From Spirulina sp. (GTDB lineage Bacteria; Cyanobacteriota; Cyanobacteriia; Phormidesmidales; Phormidesmidaceae), in assembly GCA_044070495.1 (NCBI GenBank), contig JBIPSI010000008.1, positions 96,001 through 160,000 on the forward strand: a stretch of 64,000 nucleotides of DNA, in the 5' to 3' direction. The notes below the pieces were generated by a model. It was given only the letters and a program-made list of their open reading frames with translations, made no database searches and was not told where the DNA came from. Both the position numbers and the translations under genes were made by a program. This document shows, piece after piece, positions 30,162 to 41,471 of the stretch. Position 1 is the stretch's first letter, and each line of letters begins with the position of its first letter.

Positions 30162-32093
30162 ATGACCTTCGACTTTCGCAATAGGAATACCCTGTGGGCC
30201 TCGGTGCTGGTGGGCACCCTGGCCCGGTTGGGCCTCACCACAGCGGTGATCTCTCCCGGTTCTCGATCCACACCGCTGACCGTCGCCTTTGCCAACGATC
30301 CGAGCATTGAGGCCATTCCCGTTTTAGATGAACGTTCCGCCGCCTTCTTTGCCCTCGGCATCGCCAAACGAACGGGACTGCCGGTAGCCCTGGTCTGCAC
30401 CTCCGGCACCGCTGGGGCCAACTACTACCCAGCCATTATCGAAGCCAGGGAGAGCCAGGTGCCGCTGTTGGTGTTCACCGCCGACCGCCCCCCCGAACTG
30501 CGGGACTGCGCCTCTGGCCAAACCATCGATCAACAAAAGCTGTTTGGCGATTTTCCCCAGGGATACACCGAACTAGCCGTCCCAGCGGCGGATCTGGGCC
30601 TGCTGCGCTACCTACGACAAACCCTGGTGCAGGCGTGGCGACAGAGCCTCTATCCGGCCCCTGGCCCTGTCCACCTGAATTGCCCTTTTCGGGATCCTCT
30701 GGCTCCGATCAGCGATGGTTCTACCGAACACCTGCGGGAGGTTTTGAATCAGGACTTTTGGAGGGGGTTAGCGCCCCTTGGCCCGGACGGCCCTCACCCC
30801 GTGGGAGAGGGGCCGGGGGTGAGGGCGGCTCCCTCAGAAGAGAAGTCGGGGGTGAGGGCCAAACCTTGGTCGCCTATCGTTTCGATGACCGCCACTATCC
30901 ACGCCGATCTCCTATCAACTTGGCAAAGCAGTGATCGTGGCCTCATCATCGCTGGCCCCGCTCAACCTGTAGACGCTGAGGGTTACTGTCAATCCGTTGC
31001 GGCCCTAACCCAAAGCCTTCAGTGGCCGATTTTGGCAGATACCCTTTCTCCCCTGCGCCATGCCGCCAAGCTCAATCCTTACCTAGTCACCACCTACGAC
31101 GCCATTTTGCGCCAAGAGGCTTGGGCGACGGATTTGCAACCCAGCCAGGTGATTCAGCTTGGGCCGTTGCCCACCAGTAAGGTGCTGCGGCAGTGGTTAG
31201 AGCGTCATAACCATCGCCGTTGGGTGATTGACCCAGCCAGCCGCAACCTCGACCCCTTGCATGGCCTGACCACCCATCTGCCGCTGACCGTGACAGATTT
31301 GGCGGTCAATGTGGCGAATTTCATCGCTAGTTCCAGCCCCATCTCCCCGATCAACCTGGCCAATCGTAGGGGCGGGGTCTCCCCGTCCGAGCATCATCCA
31401 ACTGGAGATGACCTCATCTCCGACCAACGCACCAGCCCTGCTATCTATGGGAACCTGTGGCTGACCCTAGATCGCAAGGTGCGACAACACTTGGATCAGT
31501 CCCTAGCGGCGATGACGGACTTATTTGAGGGCAAAGTGCCTTGGCTGATGGGCCAGCACCTACCCCAGGGCACAGCGGTGGTGATCTCGAATAGTATGCC
31601 GATTCGCGATGCGGAGTGGTTTTGGCCGCCCAACCAGCACCACCTGCGAATTTTTGGCAACCGGGGAGCCAACGGCATTGATGGCACCCTTTCCACCGCC
31701 CTCGGCATTGCCCAGCGGGGGGCACCCACCGTTCTGTTAACGGGGGATTTGGCCCTGCTTCACGACACCAACGGCTGGCTGAATGTGCCTCGCCTGCAAG
31801 GGCATTTGACCGTGGTGTTGATCAACAACCAGGGCGGCGGCATTTTTGAAATGCTTCCCATCGCCCAGTTTGACCCTCCCTTTGAAGACTTCTTTGCCAC
31901 CCCCCAAACCGTAGACTGGAACCACCTCTGCGCCGCCTACGGGGTGAACTACGAGCGCATCAAAACCTGGAGCCAGTTGCAGTCCCGCCTAGGGTTTTTG
32001 CCTTCCCAGGGGGTGCGGGTACTGGAGGTGCGCTGTGATCGCAAACAATCCACCCAAATCCGGCAAGCCCTGCTCCAGGAACCCATCGGCTAA
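30162..32093 (+). CDS. menD: SEPHCHC synthase (phylloquinone/menaquinone pathway), carrying two repeat-derived in-frame insertions
   Basis: SPGSRSTPL, DERSAAFFALG, CTSGTA, NRGANGIDG, GDLALLHD and NNQGGGIF. Confidence 0.96.
   Translation: MTFDFRNRNTLWASVLVGTLARLGLTTAVISPGSRSTPLTVAFANDPSIEAIPVLDERSAAFFALGIAKRTGLPVALVCTSGTAGANYYPAIIEARESQVPLLVFTADRPPELRDCASGQTIDQQKLFGDFPQGYTELAVPAADLGLLRYLRQTLVQAWRQSLYPAPGPVHLNCPFRDPLAPISDGSTEHLREVLNQDFWRGLAPLGPDGPHPVGEGPGVRAAPSEEKSGVRAKPWSPIVSMTATIHADLLSTWQSSDRGLIIAGPAQPVDAEGYCQSVAALTQSLQWPILADTLSPLRHAAKLNPYLVTTYDAILRQEAWATDLQPSQVIQLGPLPTSKVLRQWLERHNHRRWVIDPASRNLDPLHGLTTHLPLTVTDLAVNVANFIASSSPISPINLANRRGGVSPSEHHPTGDDLISDQRTSPAIYGNLWLTLDRKVRQHLDQSLAAMTDLFEGKVPWLMGQHLPQGTAVVISNSMPIRDAEWFWPPNQHHLRIFGNRGANGIDGTLSTALGIAQRGAPTVLLTGDLALLHDTNGWLNVPRLQGHLTVVLINNQGGGIFEMLPIAQFDPPFEDFFATPQTVDWNHLCAAYGVNYERIKTWSQLQSRLGFLPSQGVRVLEVRCDRKQSTQIRQALLQEPIG
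30790..30859. repeat. Dispersed palindromic repeat inside menD (in frame)
   Basis: GCCCTCACCCC (30790-30800) and GGGGTGAGGGC (30816-30826), plus a second right arm at 30848-30859. Same family as intergenic copies ending at 44537 and about 57442. Confidence 0.75.
31366..31388 (+). repeat. GTAG REP-like palindrome inside menD (in frame)
   Basis: GTAGGGGCGGGG-TCT-CCCCGTCC. Confidence 0.6.
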
Positions 32094-32108
32094 GGGAATC
32101 TGAGGTTG

Positions 32109-32132
32109 GGGCGCACAGCGGTGCGCCCGTAC
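32109..32132 (-). repeat. REP-like palindrome between convergent menD and DUF565 genes
   Basis: GGGCGCAC-AGCG-GTGCGCCC followed by GTAC. Confidence 0.6.
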
Positions 32133-32140
32133 GGGGGGGA

Positions 32141-32494
32141 TTAGCTGCCCAATTTGAAGGCTTCCACAATCAGGGCGTAGGTGCCCCCTAGCTTGATGCT
32201 GTTGAGGCAGTCTAGCCATAGCGGTCTGGGCACCTTGCGCACGAGGGCCGGATCCCGCCAGCGACGGCTATAGACCAACCAGCTAATCGCCTCCGCCCCT
32301 AGCACCAAAAACAGCGACACCGTCACATCTTGAACCGCTGCCTGCCCCGCAATGGCCGATAGCGCCACCGCCGCAAAGTAGCCGCCCAACAAGCTAATAA
32401 TCACTAGGGAAACCCGCCGCCAGGGGTTAATCAACCACAGGCTGAGCTGATCGCCTAATTCGTCAAACAGGAGGCTAAGGCGAGTGCGTTGCAT
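32141..32494 (-). CDS. DUF565 (Ycf20-like) membrane protein
   Basis: MQRTRL...NPWRR.SL..ISLL.G and C-terminal K.G..Y....EAFKLGS. Confidence 0.9.
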   Translation of the reverse strand: MQRTRLSLLFDELGDQLSLWLINPWRRVSLVIISLLGGYFAAVALSAIAGQAAVQDVTVSLFLVLGAEAISWLVYSRRWRDPALVRKVPRPLWLDCLNSIKLGGTYALIVEAFKLGS

Positions 32495-32716
32495 GGCTAA
32501 AGGCAGAACTCGGCGGCATGGGGCAAAACAATGAGGTAAGCGTTAGGCCAGAGAACAGCTTCTATGGTAGGCCGTTTGTCTGCCCAGAATCTTTATTTTC
32601 TGCGCTTCTAGACAGGAAAGTTCGATTGCCCTAGGAACATGGCCCAACCAAGACACCTCGCAGGCCCAAACCCTGAGACGCAGACTAATCCTGGGGGAAA
32701 GCAATGGAGCCTAGTC

Positions 32717-33862
32717 CTAGGGGTGATCCGTCGGGGTGGAGATAGCAGGGGCATCGGCCAGGGAGGGGCTGGGGGCAGCGGTGTCTGAGATCACATCCTC
32801 CATCACCTCCTCAATGGCGGCTTCGACCGCTTCAATCGCCTCCTCCACGGTCAATTCTAGGGAGGACTCAACCGCTTCGGCGGCTTGGCCAAGACTGGCT
32901 ACCCAGGCGGCGATTTGTTCCCGCTGGTTCACCAGGTAGACGCTAATTAGCGTGAACACCACGCCAATCCACTGAAACTGGCTGAGTCGTTCCCCTAAAA
33001 ACAGGCTACTAAACAGCAGGGCAAAGACGGGGGTAAGAAAAATTAAGGCGCTGACGCTGGTCATGTTGCCCACCGCCGCCAGGTAGAAAAAGATGCCGTA
33101 GGTGACGGCGGTACCAAATAGCGTGGCATAGCCCAGGCCCAGCCAGTCTAGGGGTTGCAGGGCCGAGACCTGCCCCACCTCCCACAGTCCCGACAGCAGC
33201 AGCAGCGGCAGCCCGCCCAGAATCATATGCCAGCCCGTAGCCACCACGGGGTCGGTGTGTTGCTTCACGTAGCGCACAATGATGGTGCCGACAGACATGG
33301 ACAGGGCCGCCATCAGCATCAAAAATTCGCCGCTGGCCAGCAGCCCCTCCAAGCTAAAGGCAGTGCCAGCTCCGGCATTCAAGACCGCCAGGGGCGATTG
33401 AAACAGCGTCTCTAGCCATGGCCCAGGCAAGCCACAGAGACAGATTCCGGCAATGCCCACCGCCAGCCCCAGCCAGCCCCACAGGCCGATAAATTCTGCA
33501 AACAACAGCCGCGACAGCAAGGCCACCACCAAAGGCTGCGCGTCGATCAGCACCGCCCCCAAGCCCGCCCCAGTTTTCACTAGACCCGTGGTCAAAAAGC
33601 CCTGGAACATCGCCCCATCAATCACAGAGAACAGGGCAATCCACAGCCAGCCCTGGAGGGTTTTGGGCTGGGGCAGCTTCAGCACCGCCGCTAGGATTAG
33701 AATCATCACCCCGGCGGGCAAGAGCCGAAAAGCGGCCAAAAACAGCGGTGTGGTGTGGGGGATAATCAGCTTCATCACCACCATGGCCGTGCCCAGGAAA
33801 AAGAAGGGGGCTAGCAAAAAGAGCGGCGACTTGACGAGCTTCTCCTGGGCCATGGCAGACAT
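32717..33862 (-). CDS. DMT/EamA family transporter with an acidic C-terminal tail
   Basis: About 10 TM segments. LAAFRLLPAG, DGAMFQGFL, TGAGLGAVLIDAQPL and FLTPVFALLF...LGERLS. Confidence 0.88.
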   Translation of the reverse strand: MSAMAQEKLVKSPLFLLAPFFFLGTAMVVMKLIIPHTTPLFLAAFRLLPAGVMILILAAVLKLPQPKTLQGWLWIALFSVIDGAMFQGFLTTGLVKTGAGLGAVLIDAQPLVVALLSRLLFAEFIGLWGWLGLAVGIAGICLCGLPGPWLETLFQSPLAVLNAGAGTAFSLEGLLASGEFLMLMAALSMSVGTIIVRYVKQHTDPVVATGWHMILGGLPLLLLSGLWEVGQVSALQPLDWLGLGYATLFGTAVTYGIFFYLAAVGNMTSVSALIFLTPVFALLFSSLFLGERLSQFQWIGVVFTLISVYLVNQREQIAAWVASLGQAAEAVESSLELTVEEAIEAVEAAIEEVMEDVISDTAAPSPSLADAPAISTPTDHP

Positions 33863-34082
33863 AGACTTCTCTGGGAATTTGCGGCCCGATCTTACCCCTC
33901 GCCTGGCTCCCTAAACGGTAATTTAGTGAACACAATCGTCCCCTGGAGGCATCGCCCCAGGCAGAGATGTCCAGCTTTCCTAGGGCGAAGGTGTTCGGAT
34001 CAGGACGCATAAAGGGCGGATCGATGTAACGGAGGGCTGTCAGTATAGATACAGCCTGGATAGGGAATGTTGAGGAGAACCA

Positions 34083-35267
34083 ATGGAACGAGAGGAAGTT
34101 CTGACCCAGGGTGTATTCCCAGGACGGAGAGGATTGCGGGGAATACTGCTGCTCATGGGCTTGGTGCTGATGCTGGGCAGTTGCGCCATTCCCCAAATTA
34201 AGGCCGAAGAACGCCTGTTTCTGCCCCTCTCGGCGGAGGTGCTGGATGTCTATACCCTGCCGTCCCAGGAGTTTCAGGGCACCACCGTGGGCGGCTTATC
34301 GGCCCTCGCCTACGACCGCTCTGTGGATCAGTTCTATGCCCTCTCCGACGACCGGGGGCGCTACGGCCCACCCCGATTTTATGAGCTGGCGATGGTCTTT
34401 GAGGTCGATGAAGACGGTCAGCCTCGGTTTAAGGACGTTTCTATCGAGTCCGTGACCCCCCTGACCGATGCCGAGGGCAATCCCTATCCCCAAGGGCAGC
34501 TTGACCCGGAGGGCTTTGCCCTGTCCCCCAGAAACACGGTACTAGTCAGCAGTGAGGGCGACATCGACCAAGGGATTCCACCCTTTCTGGGTGAGTTTGA
34601 TCGAGAAACAGGGCGGCTGGTCACCTCGTTTCGTATTCCGGATCGGTTCCTGCCCGATGATGCCGATCCACCCACCCAGGGCGTCCGCAACAACCTCAGC
34701 TTCGAGTCCCTAACCATCAACGCTGCACCGAGTACCGCTGGACAAACGGAACCCTTTCGTCTGTTTATCGCCACCGAATCAGCCCTGGTGCAGGATTACG
34801 AATCTGACCCGGCCCAACCCCTCCAAAGTCGCTTTTTACACTATTTATTAGGGGAAGATCAGTCCACCCTGATTGCCGAACACGCCTACCCCCTGGATTT
34901 GGAACCCTCCGGGGCGGTGGTCAATGGCCTGACAGAACTGCTGCTGCTGGATCAGGGCGGTCACTTCCTGGGTCTGGAACGGGCGTTTGGTCTGCGGGGA
35001 TTCAACGTGCGGCTGTATCAACTGGCCACGGGTGGGGCAACAGATATCTCCACCATCGCCAGCCTACGGGGGGCTGAGGGCATTTCACCCATCCGTAAGC
35101 AATTGGTACTAGATTTTGCTGACACAACGGTTCCCGTAGATAACCTGGAGGGCATGACCCTAGGCCCACGATTGCCCGACGGTAGCCAGAGTTTGATGGT
35201 GGTTAGCGACAACAACTTTGAGACCAACCGCCCCACACAGTTCATTTTGCTGCGTTTGCGAGGATGA
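34083..35267 (+). CDS. Esterase-like activity of phytase family lipoprotein
   Basis: Lipobox LGSC. GGLSALAYD, FYALSDDRG, LDPEG, NLSFESL, DNLEGMTLGP and VSDNNF. Confidence 0.88.
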   Translation: MEREEVLTQGVFPGRRGLRGILLLMGLVLMLGSCAIPQIKAEERLFLPLSAEVLDVYTLPSQEFQGTTVGGLSALAYDRSVDQFYALSDDRGRYGPPRFYELAMVFEVDEDGQPRFKDVSIESVTPLTDAEGNPYPQGQLDPEGFALSPRNTVLVSSEGDIDQGIPPFLGEFDRETGRLVTSFRIPDRFLPDDADPPTQGVRNNLSFESLTINAAPSTAGQTEPFRLFIATESALVQDYESDPAQPLQSRFLHYLLGEDQSTLIAEHAYPLDLEPSGAVVNGLTELLLLDQGGHFLGLERAFGLRGFNVRLYQLATGGATDISTIASLRGAEGISPIRKQLVLDFADTTVPVDNLEGMTLGPRLPDGSQSLMVVSDNNFETNRPTQFILLRLRG

Positions 35268-35419
35268 CGGCGAACGGGCGAGTTTTTCCTTGAAGCGGCC
35301 ATAAACTGCCCTGAATAAATCGCCGTGAAACCGTATTTGGCTTTACGGATAATTCAAGATCGGTGGTTTACAGGGTCGCTAAAACTGGTAGATTGTCTTG
35401 GTATCAGCAACGAGAATGA

Positions 35420-36583
<1,164 letters not shown>

Positions 36584-36660
36584 TCCACGTTGGGGTCAGT
36601 GTTCCACCAGGGCACTGACCTCTCTTTAAACATTCTTTTTCCCCTAGCCCCCGGTTTCCC

Positions 36661-37794
36661 ATGCGAATTGCTCTCTTTACCGAGACCTTTTTGCCCAAGG
36701 TTGATGGCATTGTCACCCGTCTCAAGCACACCGTTGATCATCTCCAGCGTCAGGGCAATCAGGTTTTGGTGTTTTCCCCAGAGGGAGGCCTGACCGAATA
36801 TCGCGGGGCCAAGATTCATGGGGTGTCTGGCTTTCCATTGCCGCTCTATCCCGAACTCAAACTAGCCCTGCCCCGTCCCTCCATTGGGGAAGCCCTGGAT
36901 CGCTTTCGCCCTGACCTCATCCATGTGGTCAACCCGGCGGTGCTTGGCTTGGCTGGCATTTACTACAGCAAAACCCTGGATGTGCCCCTGGTGGCCTCCT
37001 ACCACACCCACCTGCCCAAATACCTAGAGCACTACGGCCTGGGAATGCTGGAAGGGGTGATGTGGGAACTGATTAAGGCCATGCACAACCAGGCTCGCAT
37101 CAACCTAGTCACCTCCACCGCCATGCAAACCGAACTGTCGGAGCATGGCGTGGAGCGCATCGACGTATGGCAGCGGGGCGTGGATACCGAACTCTTCCGG
37201 CCTGAGCTAGCCAGCGCATCCATGCGGGATCGGCTCTCTCAAGGGCATCCCGAAGCGCCCCTGCTCCTCTATATCGGACGCCTTTCCGCCGAAAAAGAAA
37301 TCGACCGCATCAAGCCCATCCTGCAAGCCATCCCCGGTGCGCGGCTGGCCCTAGTGGGCGATGGCCCCTACCGGACGGAACTCGAAGCCCACTTTGCTGA
37401 TACGCCCACCAACTTTGTCGGCTACCTAGCGGGTGAAGATCTCGCCTCGGCCTATGCGTCGGCAGATGCTTTTGTGTTCCCCTCCCGCACCGAAACCCTC
37501 GGCCTAGTGCTGCTAGAAGCCATGGCGGCGGGCTGTCCTGTGGTAGCGGCTAACTCCGGCGGCATTCCCGATATCGTCACCGACGGGGTAAACGGCTTTT
37601 TGTTTGATCCCAAGGACGATGAAGGGGCGATCAACGCCACCCGCCGCCTAATCGAAGCCACCGCCGAACGGGAAACCATGCGCCAAAACGCCGTCGCCGA
37701 AGCCGAACAATGGGGCTGGGCCGCCGCCACCCGTCAGCTTCAGCAGTTCTACCGCAAAGTCCTCGCCGAGACCTCCCTGCCCATGGCCGCGTAG
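36661..37794 (+). CDS. sqdX: Sulfoquinovosyldiacylglycerol synthase (GT4)
   Basis: MRIALFTETFLPKVDGIVTRL, ASYHTHLP and FPSRTETLGLVLLEAMA. Directly after sqdB. Confidence 0.92.
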   Translation: MRIALFTETFLPKVDGIVTRLKHTVDHLQRQGNQVLVFSPEGGLTEYRGAKIHGVSGFPLPLYPELKLALPRPSIGEALDRFRPDLIHVVNPAVLGLAGIYYSKTLDVPLVASYHTHLPKYLEHYGLGMLEGVMWELIKAMHNQARINLVTSTAMQTELSEHGVERIDVWQRGVDTELFRPELASASMRDRLSQGHPEAPLLLYIGRLSAEKEIDRIKPILQAIPGARLALVGDGPYRTELEAHFADTPTNFVGYLAGEDLASAYASADAFVFPSRTETLGLVLLEAMAAGCPVVAANSGGIPDIVTDGVNGFLFDPKDDEGAINATRRLIEATAERETMRQNAVAEAEQWGWAAATRQLQQFYRKVLAETSLPMAA

Positions 37795-37880
37795 CCATGG
37801 ACTGAACCGAGGTGAACGAGGCGTGAGAAGTCCGCTGGACTGAAGAATCTAGTTGGCTTGGGGTAAAGGAAATTGCGCGT

Positions 37881-39224
37881 CTACGGCCTAACCCGCTGGC
37901 CGAGGATGTAGGTGGCTGCAATGGCCCGGTCGTCGCCCATGATGAGTAGGGAGAAAAGGGAATCGGTGATGGTAGCCAAATCTTCGGTAATAGGGGCTTG
38001 GTTGCGGAGGGCGAGCAGGGGCGTAGCTTTGGGATTTAGGACAACGAAATCGGCCTCGTTACCGGGGTTAAAGCTGCCGATTTTGTCGTCTAAGCAAAGG
38101 GCTTGGGCACCGCCGAGGGTAGCCAGGAATAGGGCTTTGATAGCCGAGAGTTTTTGGCCGCGCAGTTGGGCGACTTTGTAGGCTTCGTTGGTGGTTTGCA
38201 GCATAGAAAAACTGGTGCCTGCGCCCACATCGGTTCCTAGGCCCACTTTGACGGGGTGTTCGGTAGATTTGGCCTGTTCGATGCGGAACAAGCCGCTGCC
38301 CAGAAACAGGTTGGAGGTGGGGCAAAAGGAGATAGCGGCCTTCGCTTCCGATAGGCGACGAAATTCTTCATCGGTAAGCTGAACACCGTGGGCAAACACG
38401 GAACGTTCTCGCACTAGACCCGTTTGGTCGTACACATCTAAATAGCCGTTGTATTGAGGAAACAATTCTCGAATCCAGGCGACTTCGTTGACGTTTTCCG
38501 AGAGGTGGGTGTGCAAATATACATCAGGAAATTCGTCTAGAAGTTTTGCGGCGGCTTTCAGTTGGGCTGCGGTGGAGGTAGCGGCAAAGCGGGGGGTGAC
38601 GGCATAGGACAATCGCCCTTGGCCGTGCCACTTTTCAATCAGCGCTTTCGATTGGTCGTAGCCCGTTTCAGCCGTATCCCGCAAATAGTCCGGCGCGTTG
38701 CAGTCCATCAGTACCTTGCCGCTAATCATCCGTAGGTTGCGGGCTAGGGCCGCTTCAAAAAAGGCGTCTACGGATTCGGGAAACACCGCCGCAAACACCA
38801 GGGCGGTGGTGGTGCCATTCTTTAAAAGCTCATCCAAAAACAGGTCGGCCACCTGACGGGCATGGGCGGGATCTTGGAACTGGCGTTCGGTGGGAAAGGT
38901 GTATTGGTTCAGCCACTCCAAAAGCTGTTCCCCGTAGGCGGCGATCATTCCGGTTTGGGGGTAGTGAATGTGGGTATCGATAAAGCCGGGGGTGATCAGA
39001 TGGCCGGAATAGTCTACCAGGGGCAGGTGGGCATAGGCCGAATGCAGGTCTGCAAAGGGGCCAAGGGCGGCAATGTGACCGTTTTCGATCACCAGGAGGC
39101 CATCGTGGAAGTAGCGCACGGCCTCGGTTTCGGGCACAAAGAAGGGGTCGGCTACGCAGTCAATCAGGGTTCCTCGTAGGGCAACGCTGGGGCTGGGCGT
39201 AGGGGCGGCAACGGGTTGACCCAT
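37881..39224 (-). CDS. guaD: Guanine deaminase
   Basis: PGFIDTHIHYPQ, LLEWLNQYTFPTE, VTPRFA, HTHLSEN, CPTSNLFLGSG and GTDVGAGTS. ATG at 39224 chosen. Confidence 0.95.
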   Translation of the reverse strand: MGQPVAAPTPSPSVALRGTLIDCVADPFFVPETEAVRYFHDGLLVIENGHIAALGPFADLHSAYAHLPLVDYSGHLITPGFIDTHIHYPQTGMIAAYGEQLLEWLNQYTFPTERQFQDPAHARQVADLFLDELLKNGTTTALVFAAVFPESVDAFFEAALARNLRMISGKVLMDCNAPDYLRDTAETGYDQSKALIEKWHGQGRLSYAVTPRFAATSTAAQLKAAAKLLDEFPDVYLHTHLSENVNEVAWIRELFPQYNGYLDVYDQTGLVRERSVFAHGVQLTDEEFRRLSEAKAAISFCPTSNLFLGSGLFRIEQAKSTEHPVKVGLGTDVGAGTSFSMLQTTNEAYKVAQLRGQKLSAIKALFLATLGGAQALCLDDKIGSFNPGNEADFVVLNPKATPLLALRNQAPITEDLATITDSLFSLLIMGDDRAIAATYILGQRVRP

Positions 39225-39449
39225 GGAGGCTCCGGGGCTTGGGGTGAGGTGGGTAGGATTGGCTCCTGGGATTGTCGCACTAGGGCCAAGGGGATGACAA
39301 TGGCAGAGGGCGATTTCCCCGTGGTTTCCCCATGATTTTCTCCATGGATGCAGAGGTTTCGGGCTTGGCGGTGGATACCCCAATGCGGGATAGTAATGTT
39401 TGATGCACTTTTCTGATGCACCTTTGCCAATCTATCGAGGCCAGCGGTG

Positions 39450-40781
39450 ATGGCTCAGCCCAAGATTATTGTTTTAGACGACGACCCCACCGGATCCCAA
39501 ACGGTACATAGCTGCCTGCTGCTGATGCGGTGGGATGTGGACACCCTGCGCCAGGGCTTGCGGGATGCGTCGCCAATTTTCTTTGTGTTGACGAACACCC
39601 GCGCCCTCAGCCCCGCCGCCGCCGAACAGGTGACCCGCGAGGTGTGCCAAAACCTAAAGCAGGCCATCGCCCTAGAGGGCGTGCAGGAATTTTTAGTAGT
39701 CAGCCGCTCCGATTCCACCCTGCGCGGCCACTACCCCATCGAAACCGATGTGATGGCCGCCGAGCTTGGCCCCTTCGATGCCCACTTTTTGGTGCCCGCC
39801 TTCTTTGAAGGAGGCCGCATTACCCGCGACAGCCGTCATTACCTGATGGTGAACGGCGAACCCGTGCCCGTCCACGAAACCGAGTTTGCCAAGGATTCCG
39901 TCTTTGGCTATAGCACCAGCTACCTGCCCGACTACGTGGCCGAAAAAACCGATGGCGGCATCGTCGCCCCGGATGTGGAGCGCTTCACCCTCAGCGAGAT
40001 TCGCAACGGCTGCCTAGATCGGCTGATGGCCCTCAAGGGCAACGTCTGCGGCGTGGTGGATGGCGAAGTGCAGGCCGATCTAGATCGCTTTGCCCAGGAT
40101 CTCCTTACCGCCGCCGCCCAGGGCAAACGGTTTTTGTTCCGCAGCGCCGCCAGCATCCTCACCGCCCTCGCTGCCCTGCCCCCCCAGCCCATCGACGCCG
40201 ACCACATGGCCTCCTACGTGCGGGATGGCAAACCGGGGGCGATCATCGTCGGTTCCCACGTCAAAAAAACCACCGAACAACTGCAACACCTGCTCCAAGC
40301 CCCCGGCGTGGTGGGCCTAGAGGTGAACGTCGAAGCCCTGCGCGACGGCGACGAAGATGCCCGCGAAATTCTGCTGTTCAACCTGATCAAACAGGTCAAC
40401 GCCGTCCACCGCGATGGCTGCACGCCCGTGGTCTACACCAGCCGCCAAGAACTCAGCTTCGACACCGTGCAAGCCCGCCTAGACTTCGGCATTGAGGTTT
40501 CCCAATTTCTGATGGACGTGATCCGCAAGCTGCCCCTGGATATCGGCTTTTTGATTAGCAAGGGCGGCATCACCTCCAACGACACCCTCAGCACGGGCCT
40601 CGCCCTCACCACGGCGCGGCTGCTGGGGCAAATTCTGCCGGGGGTTTCCGTGGTGCGTACCCCAGAGAATCATCCCCAGTTTCCCCATCTGCCCGTGGTG
40701 CTGTTCCCTGGCAACGTGGGGGATGCCGCCGCCCTCACCACCGCCTACCAACGCCTGTGGGCGGGCGGGAATGCATCGTAG
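39450..40781 (+). CDS. Four-carbon acid sugar kinase family protein (DUF1537)
   Basis: VLDDDPTGSQTVH, SRSDSTLRGH, PAFFEGGRIT, SKGGITS and FPGNVG. Confidence 0.9.
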   Translation: MAQPKIIVLDDDPTGSQTVHSCLLLMRWDVDTLRQGLRDASPIFFVLTNTRALSPAAAEQVTREVCQNLKQAIALEGVQEFLVVSRSDSTLRGHYPIETDVMAAELGPFDAHFLVPAFFEGGRITRDSRHYLMVNGEPVPVHETEFAKDSVFGYSTSYLPDYVAEKTDGGIVAPDVERFTLSEIRNGCLDRLMALKGNVCGVVDGEVQADLDRFAQDLLTAAAQGKRFLFRSAASILTALAALPPQPIDADHMASYVRDGKPGAIIVGSHVKKTTEQLQHLLQAPGVVGLEVNVEALRDGDEDAREILLFNLIKQVNAVHRDGCTPVVYTSRQELSFDTVQARLDFGIEVSQFLMDVIRKLPLDIGFLISKGGITSNDTLSTGLALTTARLLGQILPGVSVVRTPENHPQFPHLPVVLFPGNVGDAAALTTAYQRLWAGGNAS

Positions 40782-40860
40782 AAATCTGCAACTTGGCACT
40801 CCATAGCGTAACTTTAGCGGTATAAATTAAGTAGGGCAAGATCAATTAAATAAGACTCAT

Positions 40861-40889
40861 GTAGGACGGGCTACGCTTCGCTAACCCGC
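40861..40889 (+). repeat. Degenerate GTAG REP-like palindrome
   Basis: GTAGGACGGGCTACGCTTCGCTAACCCGC. Confidence 0.5.
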
Positions 40890-41132
40890 TTTTTACAACG
40901 CTTAAATGCGCTACATCGGTGTATCACACAATCTACACAGGCATCTACCGAGCTACTTCGCCAAAGGTTCGCTGAAAGTCTGACACAAGCTCCGAAGGGC
41001 TTTGCAAGTAAGTTGTTCCAGCGCTTAACCCATCATTTATGGTCTAACGCTGCAAGGCTTAGTTGAAAGGGCTTTTGGAAAAATAACTCTTCACCGGAGT
41101 CCAGGTTTTCCAGACATGCAGCAGGTAGTTGG

Positions 41133-41296
41133 TTGACTGACCAAAGTTTGGCCCTCGCCCCACCCCTATCCATCGGAAGAGTGGGAGAAATTCGTTCGTC
41201 CGATTCTGTCTCCCCACTCTGCGAGCAGGGCAAGCCCTATGGGAGAGGTTTAGGGTGAAGGTTGCGAGGATCTCGCGAACAAGTTTTGGCCGTCAA
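41133..41296. mobile_element. Degenerate MITE-like remnant
   Basis: Imperfect terminal inverted repeats TTGACTGACCAAAG and TTTTGGCCGTCAA around a decayed CCCTC.CCC...GGGAGAGG..TAGGGTGA core. Confidence 0.4.
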
Positions 41297-41313
41297 TTAG
41301 AGCCAGTGGCTAC

Positions 41314-41471
41314 CTAGAGGGCATTTGAAAAGGGATCCCCTGTAGCTTTAGTCACCCGCCGATCCCCCCTGCCCCCCTTGGAAAGGGGGGTACAAGTCCC
41401 CCTTTCTAAGGGGGATTTAGGGGGATCGCCACCGTTGCTACAAGCAACAGGACTTTTCAAACATCTTCTAG
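41314..41471. mobile_element. MITE-like element: CTAG-flanked shell around the GATCCCCC...GGGGGATC palindromic core
   Basis: CTAG-AGGGCATTTGAAAAG (41314-41332) and CTTTTCAAACATCTT-CTAG (41453-41471). Internal core shared with the MITEs at 44301, 49397 and 57168. Confidence 0.6.
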
